Assembly (NCBI GenBank): GCA_964016885.1
Contig: OZ024740.1
Location: 209,684,001 to 209,748,000 of the forward strand
Origin: Eledone cirrhosa
Taxonomy: Eukaryota
Direction of reading: 5' to 3'
Length of the DNA stretch: 64,000 bases
Shown piece after piece: positions 37,396-51,300 of this stretch (position 1 is its first letter; each line of letters starts with the position of its first letter). A program made the position numbers and the translations under genes. Below the pieces are notes generated by a model. That model saw nothing but the letters and a program-made list of their open reading frames with translations, ran no database searches and had not been told where the DNA came from.

Positions 37396-38139
37396 TATCT
37401 ATCTATCTATCTCCATCTATCTATCTCTCTATCTCTCTCTATCTATCTCTCTATCTCTCACTATCTCTGTCTAGCTATTTTCCTAATAAGCTCCCTTTCA
37501 TCCACCTCCTTCCTCTTCGTTTTCTTTCTCTTTTTCTTTCTCCACTACACCATATCTGTGGTTGTGTGGTTGTGTATGTGTGAGTGTGTGTATGTGTAAG
37601 TGTGGTGTGTGTGTGGTATGTGAACGAAGTGCGTGTGCGTGTGTGAGTGTGGTGGTGGTGGTTATGTGTGTGTGTGTGTGCGTGTGTGTGTGTGTGTGTA
37701 TGTGAGTGTGTAAGTGCATGTGCGTATGCGAGTGTAGTGTATGTGTATGTGTGTGTGTCTGTCTGTATATGTGTGAGTATGGCGTGTGTGTATGTGTGTA
37801 CAAGCATGAGCGCGAGTTTGTGTTTTTACTTTTTTGTAGCTGCTATTGTTAATACACAATAGTGACAACTTAATTATTAACTGGGGCCGTTTTCGAAGTA
37901 GTAGCTAGCTCCGAGTGTTCAGCCGTAATTAACAGGTATGTTTAATAATATTTCATGTAGAAAGCTCTCATAGTTGACATATTCGCTCCATTGCAGTTAT
38001 CGCTTCTCTAATGATTGGCCAGTATTGTTACTGCAACAGATTTCAATAGTAAATAGGTAAAGGGTTGGCGTTAAATTCACTACTTGACCCTCTATTCATA
38101 AATTGCATATTACTTCCCGTGAATGAATGAATAAATAAT

Positions 38140-38970
38140 GATTTTTAACACTGACACAAGGCCATAAATTTGCGTGGAGGGCACAGTCGATTAAATTTAC
38201 TCCCATATTAATTATGCTGTTTTTTGTTCTTTGTTTTGATTTTATCGGACGCCATTTTTTTTCGACCACGGTACTATTTGAACTCATGACATAAAGGAAC
38301 GTAACTAAATATTGCATTACCTTTTGTCTCACACTCCACCGATTCTGTCATCCACCGTCCCTCTTAGTTAAATAATGGTTTCTAATTTTGGCATAATACC
38401 AGTAATTGTTTGATAGGAGACGAAAGTCGGTCATATTAACATCTGTCCTTAACTGGTACAATATTTTATTGACTCGGGGGGGGGGGGGGGGCAAAGATGA
38501 CTTCGGCGGGATTTGAACACAGAACTTAAAGAGCTGTAGCTAAATGCCGCGAAGCATTTGTCCGATGCTCTACCGATACTGCCAATCTACCGCCCTCTTT
38601 TAGTCTAATAATGATTTCTAGTAATTTTTTTTTGAGGGGAGGGGGGGAGTCGATTAAATCGACCCCAGTACGTTACCGGTGCTTTATTTTATCGACCTTA
38701 AGGATAAAAGGCAAAGTTATAGCAGAGCTGAAGCTAAATGCCAATCCACCGCCCTCTTTTAGCCTAATGATATATGGATTCTCTGTGAATTGGGTCTGTG
38801 TGTACTACTATCTCCACGTCGAAACATTTTTTGCTTCTCTATATATAATATATTTTACATATAAGCGAGCATCACAGAAGAGGTTGCAAGTTATCTGTGA
38901 GATCTGGGGTCAGAATATCAAGGGACGTAACGAAATATGAGAAGGCATTTTTGTCAATTGCATTATCTAA
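38140..38970 (-). mobile_element. Cluster of 3-4 diverged SINE family 1 copies
   Basis: Repeated ATTTGAAC(T/A)CA and CTACCGATACTGCCAATC.ACCGCC motifs. Confidence 0.75.
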
Positions 38971-39600
38971 TTCGGCCATTACACTTCCTCATGAATGAAC
39001 TAAATAATATACGTATGCGAACTCTGCAGATAATATGTAGCGGATATCGTTGTGTGTTAATAGCAACAACGCTTTTGCCATCTTGTCCGTGGAGCGCAGC
39101 CGAGATAAGCTGTCCTGACAAGGGGTAAATTTGGCCCTATCCCCATTTCTTCCAACCCACCCTATTTTTTGTGTTTTATACTACATAACGATCGAAAACT
39201 TTAAACTCTCTGTCGCCATATTTTGCAAACATTTTCTATTCTGTAAATATTTTCTATTCTGTAAATATTTTCACAAAAAAAAAAAAACCTTTTAAACATT
39301 ATTCTTTCGATACTCCTTCAAATATTTCTATCCACTCTCAAAAAGAAAAAAAAAAAGAAATCAGTATTTCCTTCTAGAATTTCTTTACCAACTCTTTTGA
39401 ATTTTTATGTATTTACTTAACATATCATTTAAAAGACAAGGAAAGGAGCTAATCGTCAAATTGGACTGAGGAAATACTGTTTCCATTGGTCTTTCTATTG
39501 CTAAGCTGAAGTTTAGTAGTGAAAAGAAACCGAAATCTTTGAAAGAGAATCTGTCTGTGATTATAGAGGAAGTAAAAGCTAAATTAACTGATAAAAATAA

Positions 39601-39797
39601 TTATAAAGTAATTGTTTCTACTTTAGGCACAAGGCCAGCAATTAACCAGTGCATTACTGGTACTTTATTTTATCGACCCCGTAAGGATGAAAGGCAAAGT
39701 CAACCTCGGCGGGATTTGAACTCAGATCGTAAAGGGACGTAACTATGCTGGAAAGCATGGCGTCCGACCCTCTACCGATACTGCCAATCCACCGCCC
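39601..39797 (-). mobile_element. SINE family 1, young copy with 14-bp TSD
   Basis: ACTGATAAAAATAA at 39587-39600 and 39798-39811. Confidence 0.92.
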
Positions 39798-40029
39798 ACT
39801 GATAAAAATAAGTAATGAAAACAAATATTGTTTCTTAATTGTTATATATGTTTACAGATAGAAGAGAGAGTGATGTAACTAATATTCTCTCCCCTGCAAC
39901 GAATAGTTAACGCCTAAGAAAGTCTAAAGTCTGTCTCGAGCCCGGAGGCTCATCAGGCGGTACTTATCCCGGTTTTCGTGGCGTGAGGGCGACTGAGAGA
40001 ACAAAATATTAAAACAGAATATGCATGGG

Positions 40030-41240
40030 CAGAGTGTGTCTAGCAGTTAGCTTCAGTTTCCTATCCCCAAATATCACCTCTGCTATTCTGTCCTGTACTC
40101 ACCCTACCACATTCACTTCTTCTTTATATTCTACACCCCCACCCAACTTCTCAAGCTCACAATTCCACATTCCACGAAACCTTCAACTTACCCTGTTACA
40201 TCCTACATCTTTCCCGTTCACCCCCTCGCTTCCTTCAAAAACGATTGCAATCTGGGTGACCTGCTGGTCCACAGGTGTCTTCACCTCCTCGTCATATCCT
40301 GTACTCTCGTTACAACATCTAACCCTTCGTCCAGAACATCATTATCCTACAAGGACCTACGTAATTTTTCCATGTCACAGATGGTTTCACTTGAACCCCA
40401 CCTCTTCTAATGTCATCTGTTGTATCAAATGCCGAATTTGTAGCTTATAATGTAGAGGGGAAATTGGTCAAAAGTTGGTTGGCCATTTTAGGGACATCTA
40501 ACTCAATAACAGATCAGTCAACCCACCACTTTAATTATCCAGGCTACTTCCACCTGTATTTCATTGTGGGATTATACACCAGCTTGCTACTTCTGATCCC
40601 TGGTTTAAACAAGGGTTAACCTTCCGTTTAAGTTTAAACATATCTTGCTGGAATCACTAACCCACCTGTTTCCCTCTAAAAACCATGCTCTTGACATCAC
40701 TCTTCTCTATTTATACACAGACACACTAGATTGCTTTGTTCTTCCCACCCAAACACTGTCACGCCTTATTCATATATCCACACACACACAAATACACACA
40801 TATATTCGCACAAAACCTTACTCACACACTTGACTCCCTAATAGCTCATACACACGCACATATAAGCACAGTCGCTCATATTTCACTATACTCGCCCACG
40901 CTTGTCACGCTCGTTCTTTACTCAAACACAACTCTAATCACTTCCTGTCAACTATTCAAGCATGCTTCGTCTCTGGTACAACATCGCTTTTCTCTCCTTC
41001 AAATACATTTTCACTTATCTCCCCTTGTATCTCGACAAAGGACAACTATTCGAAATGTCGATTTCTCTTCCTTTCCCTTCCTTCACAGCACAATTACATT
41101 GATTTATATTTCCTCCGTTGATTTTTTTTTTGTCCAGTTTTTGCTCCTGTTTTATCTGGATATACAGTTACTGCACTTACGTAGACTTGATCCAGATTAC
41201 CGATACTGTGTATTTAAAATAAAATCCTTTAACTAGTATC
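40030..41240 (+). mobile_element. Penelope-like (Neptune-type) GIY-YIG fragment and 3' UTR
   Basis: FPCHR...TSSNVICCIKCRIC...GEIGQKL..HFR...HHFN...GLN; very degenerate ..GACAAAGG..TTCGAAATGTC at ~41030-41060. Confidence 0.65.
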
Positions 41241-41243
41241 ATG

Positions 41244-41622
41244 CATCATGTAAGACACGAATGATTCCTAGACATCATATAATACACGAATGACTCCTAG
41301 ACATCATGTAATACACGAATGACTCCTAGACATCATGTAAGACACGAATGATTCCTAGACATCATGTAAGACACGAATGATTCCTAGACATCATGTAATA
41401 CACGAATGATTCCTAGACATCATGTAATACACGAATGATTCCTAGACATCATGTAAGACACGAATGATTCCTAGACATCATGTAAGACACGAATGATTCC
41501 TAGACATCATGTAAGACACGAATGATTCCTAGACATCATGTAATACACGAATGATTCCTAGACATCATGTAAGACACGAATGATTCCTAGACATCATGTA
41601 AGACACGAATGATTCCTAGACA
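41244..41622. repeat. ~13 x 29-bp minisatellite
   Basis: GACATCATGTAA(G/T)ACACGAATGATTCCTA. Confidence 0.96.
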
Positions 41623-42405
41623 AACTTTGGAAAGAAGAAAAATGCCGGTTGGACAAGCATTATGGTCTACTTATGTTCCTTACATTTTATCTTACTTTAA
41701 ATATATTGAGTAGAATGAAACTTATTTGTATGTTCATATTTGTATTTTCACAAGGCACCCATGAAGGCCTTGATTTCTATCTTCTATTGTTTCTTTTTTA
41801 TTAACTTTTGAACAACTCTAATTTCCATCAAACCGAAATGCTTTTTTTTCCTTTAAATCTGCCGCGAGTAAAAATATTAATCTCATTTAATAAGATGGGA
41901 CGAGGTTGTCATCAATATCAATATTGTTGTGGTAATATATCTTATATTGTGACTAAGAAAAATACGAAACCTTTGGAAATTATTTTCCCACGGAACCACG
42001 ATTTAATCAGAATTCGCTTAAATTCAAGAATTACTGATATATGCCACTCCTAGAAAATCCAATAGTGAATAGTTAAAATAGTTTACTTAAAATCCCCAGA
42101 GAAACAAATCTTGCGAGGCTATTACCAAAGAAACAGCTATAAATGAAAAATGAGATGACTCGGTGAATAAATGAAATAAGCTGTCGAACTGATGGAAAAT
42201 ATGCCTTGAATTCATAATACATGACAGCATTGTTTCTCTGACAGAACACTTAATCCTATGCCTCAGTTCGACCAAGAAGAGCTAATGAGAATATGGGTAG
42301 AGCTAATGAGAAAACCTCTACGTGGTTGCTCGCCCTAAAAGAAATATCAATCAAATTTCACTCGAATCAGGCCCTAACGTCTTAAATAAGGACAGATTAG
42401 ATAAC

Positions 42406-42598
42406 CAAACCTGTCAACTCTCCCCGTCCGATGATGAGATCTCCCACCAACTTTGGGGTGGGTGAGAGAAGTCTTCTCTTGTGAAAATGGGTATAGCTTT
42501 CATTATGTAAAATCTCCCCATTTTGCCTCATTTCTTCCCGTTTTAGGGCACTTTTTTCATGGTACTCCCCGTTGGGTTTTTAGAAGTTGGCAGGCCTG
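42406..42598. mobile_element. MITE with 13-bp imperfect TIR and 6-bp TSD
   Basis: CAAACCTGTCAAC...GTTGGCAGGCCTG; GATAAC at 42400-42405 and 42599-42604. Confidence 0.8.
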
Positions 42599-42729
42599 GA
42601 TAACTTTGTTTTGCATACCTCCAAAATGACTGTGTCGTCACGGTTGGAGTGTTTTCTGGATGTTAGGGTTGACCAAGGGGATGGGGAATAAACGACGATA
42701 TAGATACTGATGTCTTATAGATAAAATTA

Positions 42730-42897
42730 TCGTATTTCCCGGCGTCGAAGACGCTACTTTTTCCCTAAAATAAGTCTAAAAAATCTACCATGCATCCTGG
42801 AAGCCGAAGGTTGTTTATTAATTTTTGTAAAATTTTTGGTTGTCAAAATTAGGGTGCGTCCTCGAGGACGAAGCGTCTTCGGCGCCGGGAAATACGG
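42730..42897. mobile_element. Tc1/mariner-superfamily (pogo/Tc2-like) MITE
   Basis: TIR (T/C)CGTATTTCCCGGCG(T/C)CGAAGACGCT with TA on both sides. Confidence 0.85.
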
Positions 42898-43187
42898 TAC
42901 CTGTGGCCCGGCTAATGTTCTATCAAAGTAGAACTATGTTTCTCACTTAATGCTAGGACAACCCTTCACTCCGGAGTAAAAAAACAAACAAAAAAACTGT
43001 ATCTATAGACTCTCGTTGTGACTCGTGAAATTATTAGCTAATCTAACAACTACATATCATCATGACTGGGGATAATTTTAGTTTTAAATATTCATAAGGT
43101 CTTTCTTTCTTCTCTGGTTTTGTTAATGGTTACAATGATTAGATATAGTTGTGGCAATACATTCATTAGAGCGTATATATATATATA

Positions 43188-43333
43188 TGATTAGGTGATA
43201 TACACACGATATGAGGTCTTCACTTCTGGATGTTGTATAGACCAGTGTATATATATATATATATATATATATACACTGGTCTATACAACATCCAGAAGTG
43301 AAGACCTCATGTCGTGTGTATATCACCTAATCA
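43188..43333. repeat. Near-perfect palindrome centred on (TA)n
   Basis: TGATTAGGTGATATACACACGA...CCAGTG-(TA)n-CACTGG...TATCACCTAATCA; another (TA)n immediately to the left. Confidence 0.93.
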
Positions 43334-43435
43334 CCAACAAAATGATGATATAAACTATTTAGATGAAAGGGAATTGATTATGAAGAGAAGTTGCTCCGTT
43401 CTGTGGTCGATACATTGTTTATTGCTCTGTTGCCA

Positions 43436-43612
43436 ATAATTGTTTCTACTTTAGGCACAAGGCCAGCAATTACCCAGTGCATTACTGGTACTTTATTTTA
43501 TCGACCCCGTAAGGATGAAAGGCAAAGTCAACCTCGGCGGGATTTGAACTCAGATCGTAAAGGGACGTAACTATGCTGGAAAGCATGGCGTCCGACCCTC
43601 TACTGATACTGC
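43436..43612 (-). mobile_element. SINE family 1, young copy with TSD
   Basis: CTCTGTTGCCAATAATTGTTT at 43425-43445 and 43613-43633. Confidence 0.92.
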
Positions 43613-43711
43613 CTCTGTTGCCAATAATTGTTTTACTGACAGCTGTATTGTAATGTCACTGTTAGACACGGTAAGAGAACGGTTCACGTCTGTTTACTGT
43701 TTAACGACGAC

Positions 43712-45180
43712 CACGATAATGATGATGATGGTGATGATGATGATGGTGATGGTGATGGTGATGATGGTGGTGATGGTGATGGCGATGGTGATGGCCGTGG
43801 TGATGGTGGTGGTGATGGTGATGATGGTGGTGGTGATGGTGATGGTGGTGATGGTGATGATGGTGGTGGTGATGGTGGTGGTGGTGGTGGTGGTGGTGAT
43901 GGTGGTGGTGGTGGTGATGGTGATGATGGTGGTGGTGGTGATGATGGTGATGGTGGTGATGGTGATGGTGGTGGTGATGGTGGTGGTGGTGATGGTGATG
44001 GTGATGGTGGTGATGGTGGTGGTGGTGGTGGTGATGGTGGTGGTGGTGATGGTGATGGTGATGGTGTTGATGGTGGTGATGGTGATGGTGGTGATGGTGG
44101 TGATGGTGGTGGTGGTGATGGTGGTGATGATGGTGGTGGTGGTGGTGGTGGTGGTGATGGTGATGGTGGTGATGGTGGTGGTGGTGATGGTGGTGGTGAT
44201 GGTGGTGATGAAGGTGGTGGTGATGGTGTTGGTGGTGGTGGTGGTGGTGTTGGTGGTGATGGTGTTGATGGTGGTGATGATGGTGGTGATGATGGTGATG
44301 GTGATGGTGGTGATGATGGTGATGGTGTTGATGGTGGTGATGATGGTGGTGGTGGTGGTGGTGGTGATTGTGGTGGTGGTGGTGGTGGTGGTGGTGATGG
44401 TGATGGTGGTGGTAGTGGTGGTGATGGTGGTGGTGGTGGTGGTGGTGGTGTTGATGGTGGTGATGATGGTGGTGATGATGGTGATGGTGATGGTGATGAT
44501 GGTGGTGGTGTTGGTGGTGGTGATGGTGGTGGTGGTGATGGTGATGGTGGTGGTGATGGTGATGGTGGTGGTGGTGATGATGGTGGTGGTGGTGGTGGTG
44601 GTGATGATGGTGGTGGTGGTGGTGGTGGTGGTGGTGATGGCGGTGGTGATGGAGGTGGTGGTGATGGTGGTGGTGGTGGTGGTGATGGTGATGGTGGTGG
44701 TGGTGGTGGTGGTGGTGATGGTGGTGATGGTGGTGGTGGTGGTGGTGGTGGTGATGGTGGTGGTGGTGGTGGTGGTGGTGGTGGTGGTGATGGTGGTGGT
44801 GGTGATGGTGGTGGTGATGGTGGTGGTGGTGGTAATGGTGGTGGTGGTGGTGATGGTGGTGGTGGTGATGATGGTGGTGGTGATGGTGGTGGTGGTGGTG
44901 ATGGTGATGTTGGTGGTGGTGGTGGTGGTGATGGTGGTGGTGGTGGTGATGGTGGTGGTGGTGATGGTGGTGGTGGTGATGGTGGTGGTGGTGGTGGTGG
45001 TGGTAGTGGTGATGGTGGTGGTGGTGGTGATGGTGGTGGTGGTGGTGGTGATGGTGATGATGGTGGTGGTGATGGTGGTGGTGGTGATGGTGGTGGTGGT
45101 GATGGTGGTGGTGGTGGTGGTGGTGGTGATAGTGGTGGTGGTGGTGGTGGTGGTGGTGGTGGTGGTGGTGGTGGTGGTGC
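43712..45180. repeat. ~1.5-kb (GGT/GAT)n trinucleotide tract
   Basis: Direct inspection. Confidence 0.97.
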
Positions 45181-45370
45181 CGCTAGTAATGGCAGTTGTA
45201 CTTCATAGAGAGAAAAAAAAAAGTGTAGTTTTCCTTGGTTACCAACTGTTGGACTATAAAAATATAACGTTTGTATGTATGTGTGTGTGTTTGTGTGTGT
45301 GTTTGTGTATGTGTGTGTGTATGTGTGTGTGTGTGAGTATGTTCGTGTATGTGTGTGTTTGTGGGTGTGT

Positions 45371-48300
45371 GTGTGTGTGACTGTCTGTATCTATGTGTGT
45401 GTGAGTGTGTGTGACTGTCTGTATCTATGTGTGTGAGTGTGTGTGACTGTCTCTATCTATGTGTGTGTGAGTGTGTGTGACTCTCTGTATCTATGTGATT
45501 GTGAGTGTGTGTGACTGTCTGTATCTATGTGTGTGTGAGTGTGTGTGACTGTCTGTATCTATGTGAGTGAGTGTGTGTGACTGTCTGTATCTATATGTGG
45601 GTGAGTGTGTGTGACTGTCTGTATCTATGTGAGTGAGTGTGTGTGACTGTTTGTAACTATGTGTGTGTGAGTGTGTATGACTGTCTGTACCTATGTGTGA
45701 GTGTGTGTGACTGTCTATATCTATGTGTGTGAGTGTGTGTGACTGTCTGTATCTATGTGTATGTGAGTGTGTGTGACTGTCTGTATCTATGTGTGTGAGT
45801 GTGTGTGACTGTCTGTATCTATGTGTGTGTGTGTGTGTGTGACTGTCTGTATCTATGTGTGTGTGACTGTGTGTGACTGTCTCTATCTATGTGTGTGTGA
45901 GTGTGTGTGACTGTCTGTATCTATGTGTGTGTGAGTGTGTGTGACTGTCTGTATCTATATCTGTGTGAGTGTGTGTGACTGTCTGTATCTATATATGTGT
46001 GTGAGTGTGTGTGACTGTCTGTATCTATGTGTGTGAGTGTGTGTGACTGTCTGTATCTATGTGTGTGTGAGTGTGTGTGACTGTCTGTATCTATGTGTGT
46101 GAGTGTGTGTGACTGTCTGTATCTATGTGTGTGAGTGTGTGTGACTGTCTGTATCTATGTGTGTGTGAGTGTGTGTGACTGTCTGTATCTATGTGTGAGT
46201 GTGTGTGACTGTCTGTATCTATATGTGTGAGTGTGTGTGACTGTCTGTATCTATATGTGTGTGAGTGTGTGTGACTGTATCTATGTGTGTGAGTGTGTGA
46301 CTGGCTGTATCTATGTGCGTGTGAGTGTGTGTGACTGTCTGTATCTATGTGTGTGAGTGGGTGTGACTGTCTGTATCTATGTGTGTGTGAGTGTGTGTGA
46401 CTGTCTGTATCTATATGTGTGTGAGTGTGTGTGACTGTTTGTATCTATGTGTGAGTGAGTGTGACTGTCTGTATCTATGTGTGTGAGTGTGTGTGACTGT
46501 CTGTATCTATGTGTGTGTGAGTGTGTGTGACTGTCTGTATCTATGTGTGTGTGAGTGTGTGTGACTGTCTATATCTATGTGTGTGTGAGTGTGTGTGACT
46601 GTCTGTATCTATGTGTGTGTGTGTGTGACTGTCTGTATATATATGTGTGTGTAAGTGTGACTGTCTCTATCTATGTGTGTGTGAGTGTGTGTGACTATCT
46701 GTATCTATGTGTGTGAGTGTTTGTGACTGTCTGTATCTATGTGTGTGTGAGTGTGTGTGACTGTCTGTATCTATATGTGTGTGAGTGTGTGTGACTGTCT
46801 GTATCTATGTGTGTGTGTGTGTGACTGTCTGTATATATATGTGTGTGTAAGTGTGACTGTCTCTATCTATGTGTGTGTGAGTGTATGTGACTGTCTGTAC
46901 CTATGTGTGTGTGAGTGTGTGTGACTGTCTGTATCTATGTGTGTGTGACTGTCTGTATCTATGTGTGTGAGTGTGTGTGACTGTCTGTATCTATGTGTGT
47001 GAGTGTGTGTGACTGTCTGTATCTATGTGTGTGAGTGTGTGTGACTGTCTGTATCTATGTGTGTGAGTGTGTGTGACTGTCTGTATCTATGTGTGTGAGT
47101 GTGTGTGACTGTCTGTATCTATATATGTGAGTGTGTGTGACTGTCTGTATCTATGTGTGTGAGTGTGTGTGACTGTCTCTATCTATGTGTGTGTGAGTGT
47201 GTGTGACTGTCTGTATCTATGTGTGTGAGTGTGTGTGACTGTCTGTATCTATGTCTGTGAGTGTGTGTGACTGTCTGTATCTATGTGTGTGAGTGTGTGT
47301 GACTGTCTGTATCTATGTGTGTGTGAGTGTGTGTGACTGTCTGTATCTATGTGTGTGTGTGTGTGTGACTGTCTGTATCTATATGTGTGAGTGCGTGTGA
47401 CTGTCTGTATCTATGTGTGTGTGAGTGTGTGTGACTGTCTGTATCTATGTGTGTGTGTGTGTGTGACTGTCTGTATCTATATGTGTGAGTGTGTGTGACT
47501 GTCTGTATCTATGTGTGTGTGAGTGTGTGTGACTGTCTGTATCTATGTCTGTGAGTGTGTGTGACTGTCTGTATCTATATGTGTGAGTGTGTGTGACTGT
47601 CTGTATCTATATGTGTGTGAGTGTGTGTGACTGTCTGTATCTATGTGTGTGTGAGTGTGTGTGACTGTCTGTATCTATGTGTGTGTGAGTGTGTGTGACT
47701 GTCTGTATCTATATGTGTGTGAGTGTGTGTGACTGTCTGTATCTATGTGTGTGTGAGTGTGTGTGACTGTCTGTATCTATGTGTGTGTGTGTGTGTGACT
47801 GTCTGTATCTATATGTGTGAGTGTGTGTGACTGTCTGTATCTATGTGTGTGTGAGTGTGTGTGACTGTCTGTATCTATGTGTGTGTGTGTGTGTGACTGT
47901 CTGTATCTATATGTGTGAGTGTGTGTGACTGTCTGTATCAATGTGTGTGTGAGTGTGTGTGACTGTCTGTATCTATGTCTGTGAGTGAGTGTGACTGTCT
48001 GTATATATATGTGTGTGAGTGTGTGTGACTGTCTGTATCTATGTCTGTGAGTGTGTGTGACTGTCTGTATCTATGTGTGTGTGAGTGTGTGTGACTGTCT
48101 GTATCTATGTGTGTGTGAGTGTGTGTGACTGTCTGTATCTATGTGTGTGTGAGTGTGTGTGACTGTCTGTACCTATGTGTGAGTGTGTGTGACTGTCTGT
48201 ATCTATGTGTGTGTGAGTGTGTGTGACTGTCTGTATCTATGTGTGTGTGTGTGTAACTGTCTGTATCTATGTGTGAGTGTGTGTGACTGTCTCTATCTAT

Positions 48301-51300
48301 GTGTGTGAGTGTGTGTGACTGTCCGTATCTATATGTGTGTGAGTGTGTGTGACTGTCTGTATCTATGTGTGTGTGAGTGTGTGTGACTGTCTGTATCTAT
48401 ATTTGTGTGAGTGTGTGTGACTGTCTGTATCTATGTGTGTGTGAGTGTGTGTGACTGTCTGTTTCTATGTGTGTGTGAGTGTGTGTGACTGTCGGTATCT
48501 ATGTGTGTGAGTGTGTGTGACTGTCTGTATCTATGTGTGAGTGAGTGTGTGTGACTGTCTGTATATATGTGTGTGTGTGTGTGTGACTGTCTGTATCTAT
48601 ATGTGTGAGTGTGTGTGACTGTCTGTATCTATGTGTGTGTGAGTGTGTGTGACTGTCTGTATCTATGTGTGTGTGTGTGACTGTCTGTATCTATATGTGT
48701 GAGTGTGTGTGACTGTCTGTATCTATGTGAGTGTGTGTGACTGTCTGTATCTATGTGTGTGTGAGTGTGTGTGACTGTCTGTATCTATGTGTGTGTGAGT
48801 GTGTGTGACTGTCTGTATCTATGTGTGTGAGTGTGTGTGACTGTCTGTATCTATGTGTGTGTGAGTGTGTGTGACTGTCTGTATCTATGTGTGTGAGTGT
48901 GTGTGACTGTCTGTATCTATGTGTGTGAGTGTGTGTGACTGTCTGTATCTATGTGTGTGTGAGTGTGTGTGACTGTCTGTATCTATGTGTTTGAGTGTGT
49001 GACTGTCTGTATCTATGTGTGTGTGAGTGTGTGAGACTGTCTGTACCTATGTGTGAGTGTGTGTGACTGTCTGTATCTATGTGTGTGTGAGTGTGTGTGA
49101 CTGTCTGTATCTATATGTGTGATTGTGTGTGACTGTCTGTATCTATATGTGTGTGAGTGTGTGTGACTGTCTGTATCTATGTGTGTGTGAGTGTGTGTGA
49201 CTGTCTGTATCTATGTGTGTGTGAGTGTGTGTGACTGTCTGTATCTATATGTGTGTGAGTGTGTGTGACTGTCTGTATCTATGTGTGTGTGAGTGTGTGT
49301 GACTGTCTGTATCTATGTGTGTGTGTGTGTATGACTGTCTGTATCTATATGTGTGAGTGTGTGTGACTGTCTGTATCTATGTCTGTGAGTGTGTGTGACT
49401 GTCTGTATCTATATGTGTGAGTGTGTGTGACTGTCTGTATCTATATGTGTGTGAGTGTGTGTGACTGTCTGTATCTATGTGTGTGTGAGTGTGTGTGACT
49501 GTCTGTATCTATGTGTGTATGAGTGTGTGTGAGTGTCTGTATCTATGTGTGTGAGTGTGTGTGACTGTCTGTATCTATGTGTGTGAGTGTGTGTGACTGT
49601 CTGTATCTATGTGTGTGTGAGTGTGTGTGACTGTCTGTATCTATGTGTTTGAGTGTGTGACTGTCTGTATCTATGTGTGTGTGAGTGTGTGTGACTGTCT
49701 GTACCTATGTGTGAGTGTGTGTGAGTGTCTGTATCTATGTGAGTGAGTGTGTGTGACTCTCTGTATCTATGTGTATGTGAGTGTGTGTGACTGTCTGTAT
49801 CCATGTGTGTGAGTGTGTGTGACTGTCTGTATCTATGTGTGTGTGAGTGTGTGTGACTGTCTGTATCTATGTGTGTGAGTGTGTGTGACTGTCTGTATCT
49901 ATGTGTGTGAGTGTGTGTGACTGTCTGTATCTATGTGTGTGTGAGTGTGTGTGACTGTCTGTATCTATGTGTGTGAGTGTGTGTGACTGTCTGTATCTAT
50001 GTGTGTGAGTGTGTGTGACTGTCTGTATCTATGTGTGTGTGAGTGTGTGTGACTGTCTGTATCTATGTGTGAGTGTGTGTGTGACTGTCTGTATCTATAT
50101 GTGTGAGTGTGTGTGACTGTCTGTATCTATATGTGTGTGAGTGTGTGTGACTGTATCTATGTGTGTGAGTGTGTGACTGGCTGTATCTATGTGTGTGTGA
50201 GTGTGTGTGACTGTCTGTATCTATGTGTGTGAGTGGGTGTGACTGTCTGTATCTATGTGTGTGTGAGTGTGTGTGATTGTCTGTATCTATATGTGTGTGA
50301 CTGTTTGTATCTATGTGTGAGTGAGTGTGACTGTCTGTATCTATGTGTGTGAGTGTGTGTGACTGTCTGTATCTATGTGTATGTGAGTGTGTGTGACTGT
50401 CTGTATCTATGTGTGTGAGTGTGTGTGACTGTCTGTATCTATGTGTGTGTGAGTGTGTGTGACTGTCGGTATCTATGTGTGTGAGTGTGTGTGACTGTTT
50501 GTATCTATGTGTGTGAGTGTGTGTCACTGTCTGTATCTATGTGTGTGTGAGTGTGTGTGACTGTCTGTATCTATGTGTGTGTGAGTGTGTGTGACTGTCT
50601 GTATCTATGTGTGTGAGTGTGTGTGACTGTCTGTACCTATGTGTGTGTGAGTGTGTGTGACTGTCTGTATCTATGTGTGTGTGAGTGTGTGTGACTGTCG
50701 GTATGTATGTGTGTGAGTGTGTGAGACTGTTTGTATCTATGTGTGTGAGTGTGTGTGACTGTCTGTATCTATATGTGTGTGAGTGTGTGTGACTGTATCT
50801 ATGTGTGTGAGTGCGTGACTGTCTGTACCTATGTGTGTGTGTGTGTGTGTGTGTGACTGTCTGTATCTATATGTGTGTGAGTGTGTGTGACTGTCTATAT
50901 CTATGTGTGAGTGTGTGTGACTGTCTGTATCTATATGTGTGAGTGTGTGTGACTGTCTGTATCTATATGTGTGTGAGTGTGTGTGACTGTATCTATGTGT
51001 GTGAGTGTGTGACTGGCTGTATCTATGTGTGTGTGAGTGTGTGTGACTGTCTGTATCTATGTGTGTGAGTGGGTGTGACTGTCTGTATCTATGTGTGTGT
51101 GAGTGTGTGTGACTGTCTATATCTATATGTGTGTGAGTGTGTGTGACTGTTTGTATCTATGTGTGAGTGAGTGTGACTGTCTGTATCTATGTGTGTGTGT
51201 GAGTGTGACTGTCTCTATCTATGTGTGTGAGTGTTTGTGACTGTCTGTATCTATGTGTGTGTGAGTGTGTGTGACTGTCTGTATCTATATGTGTGTGAGT

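Noticed and set aside
41244-41622. CRISPR-like array (29-bp repeats)
   Set aside because: No spacers; simple minisatellite.
43653-45380. 575-aa Val/Met ORF
   Set aside because: Artefact of a stop-free (GGT/GAT)n frame.
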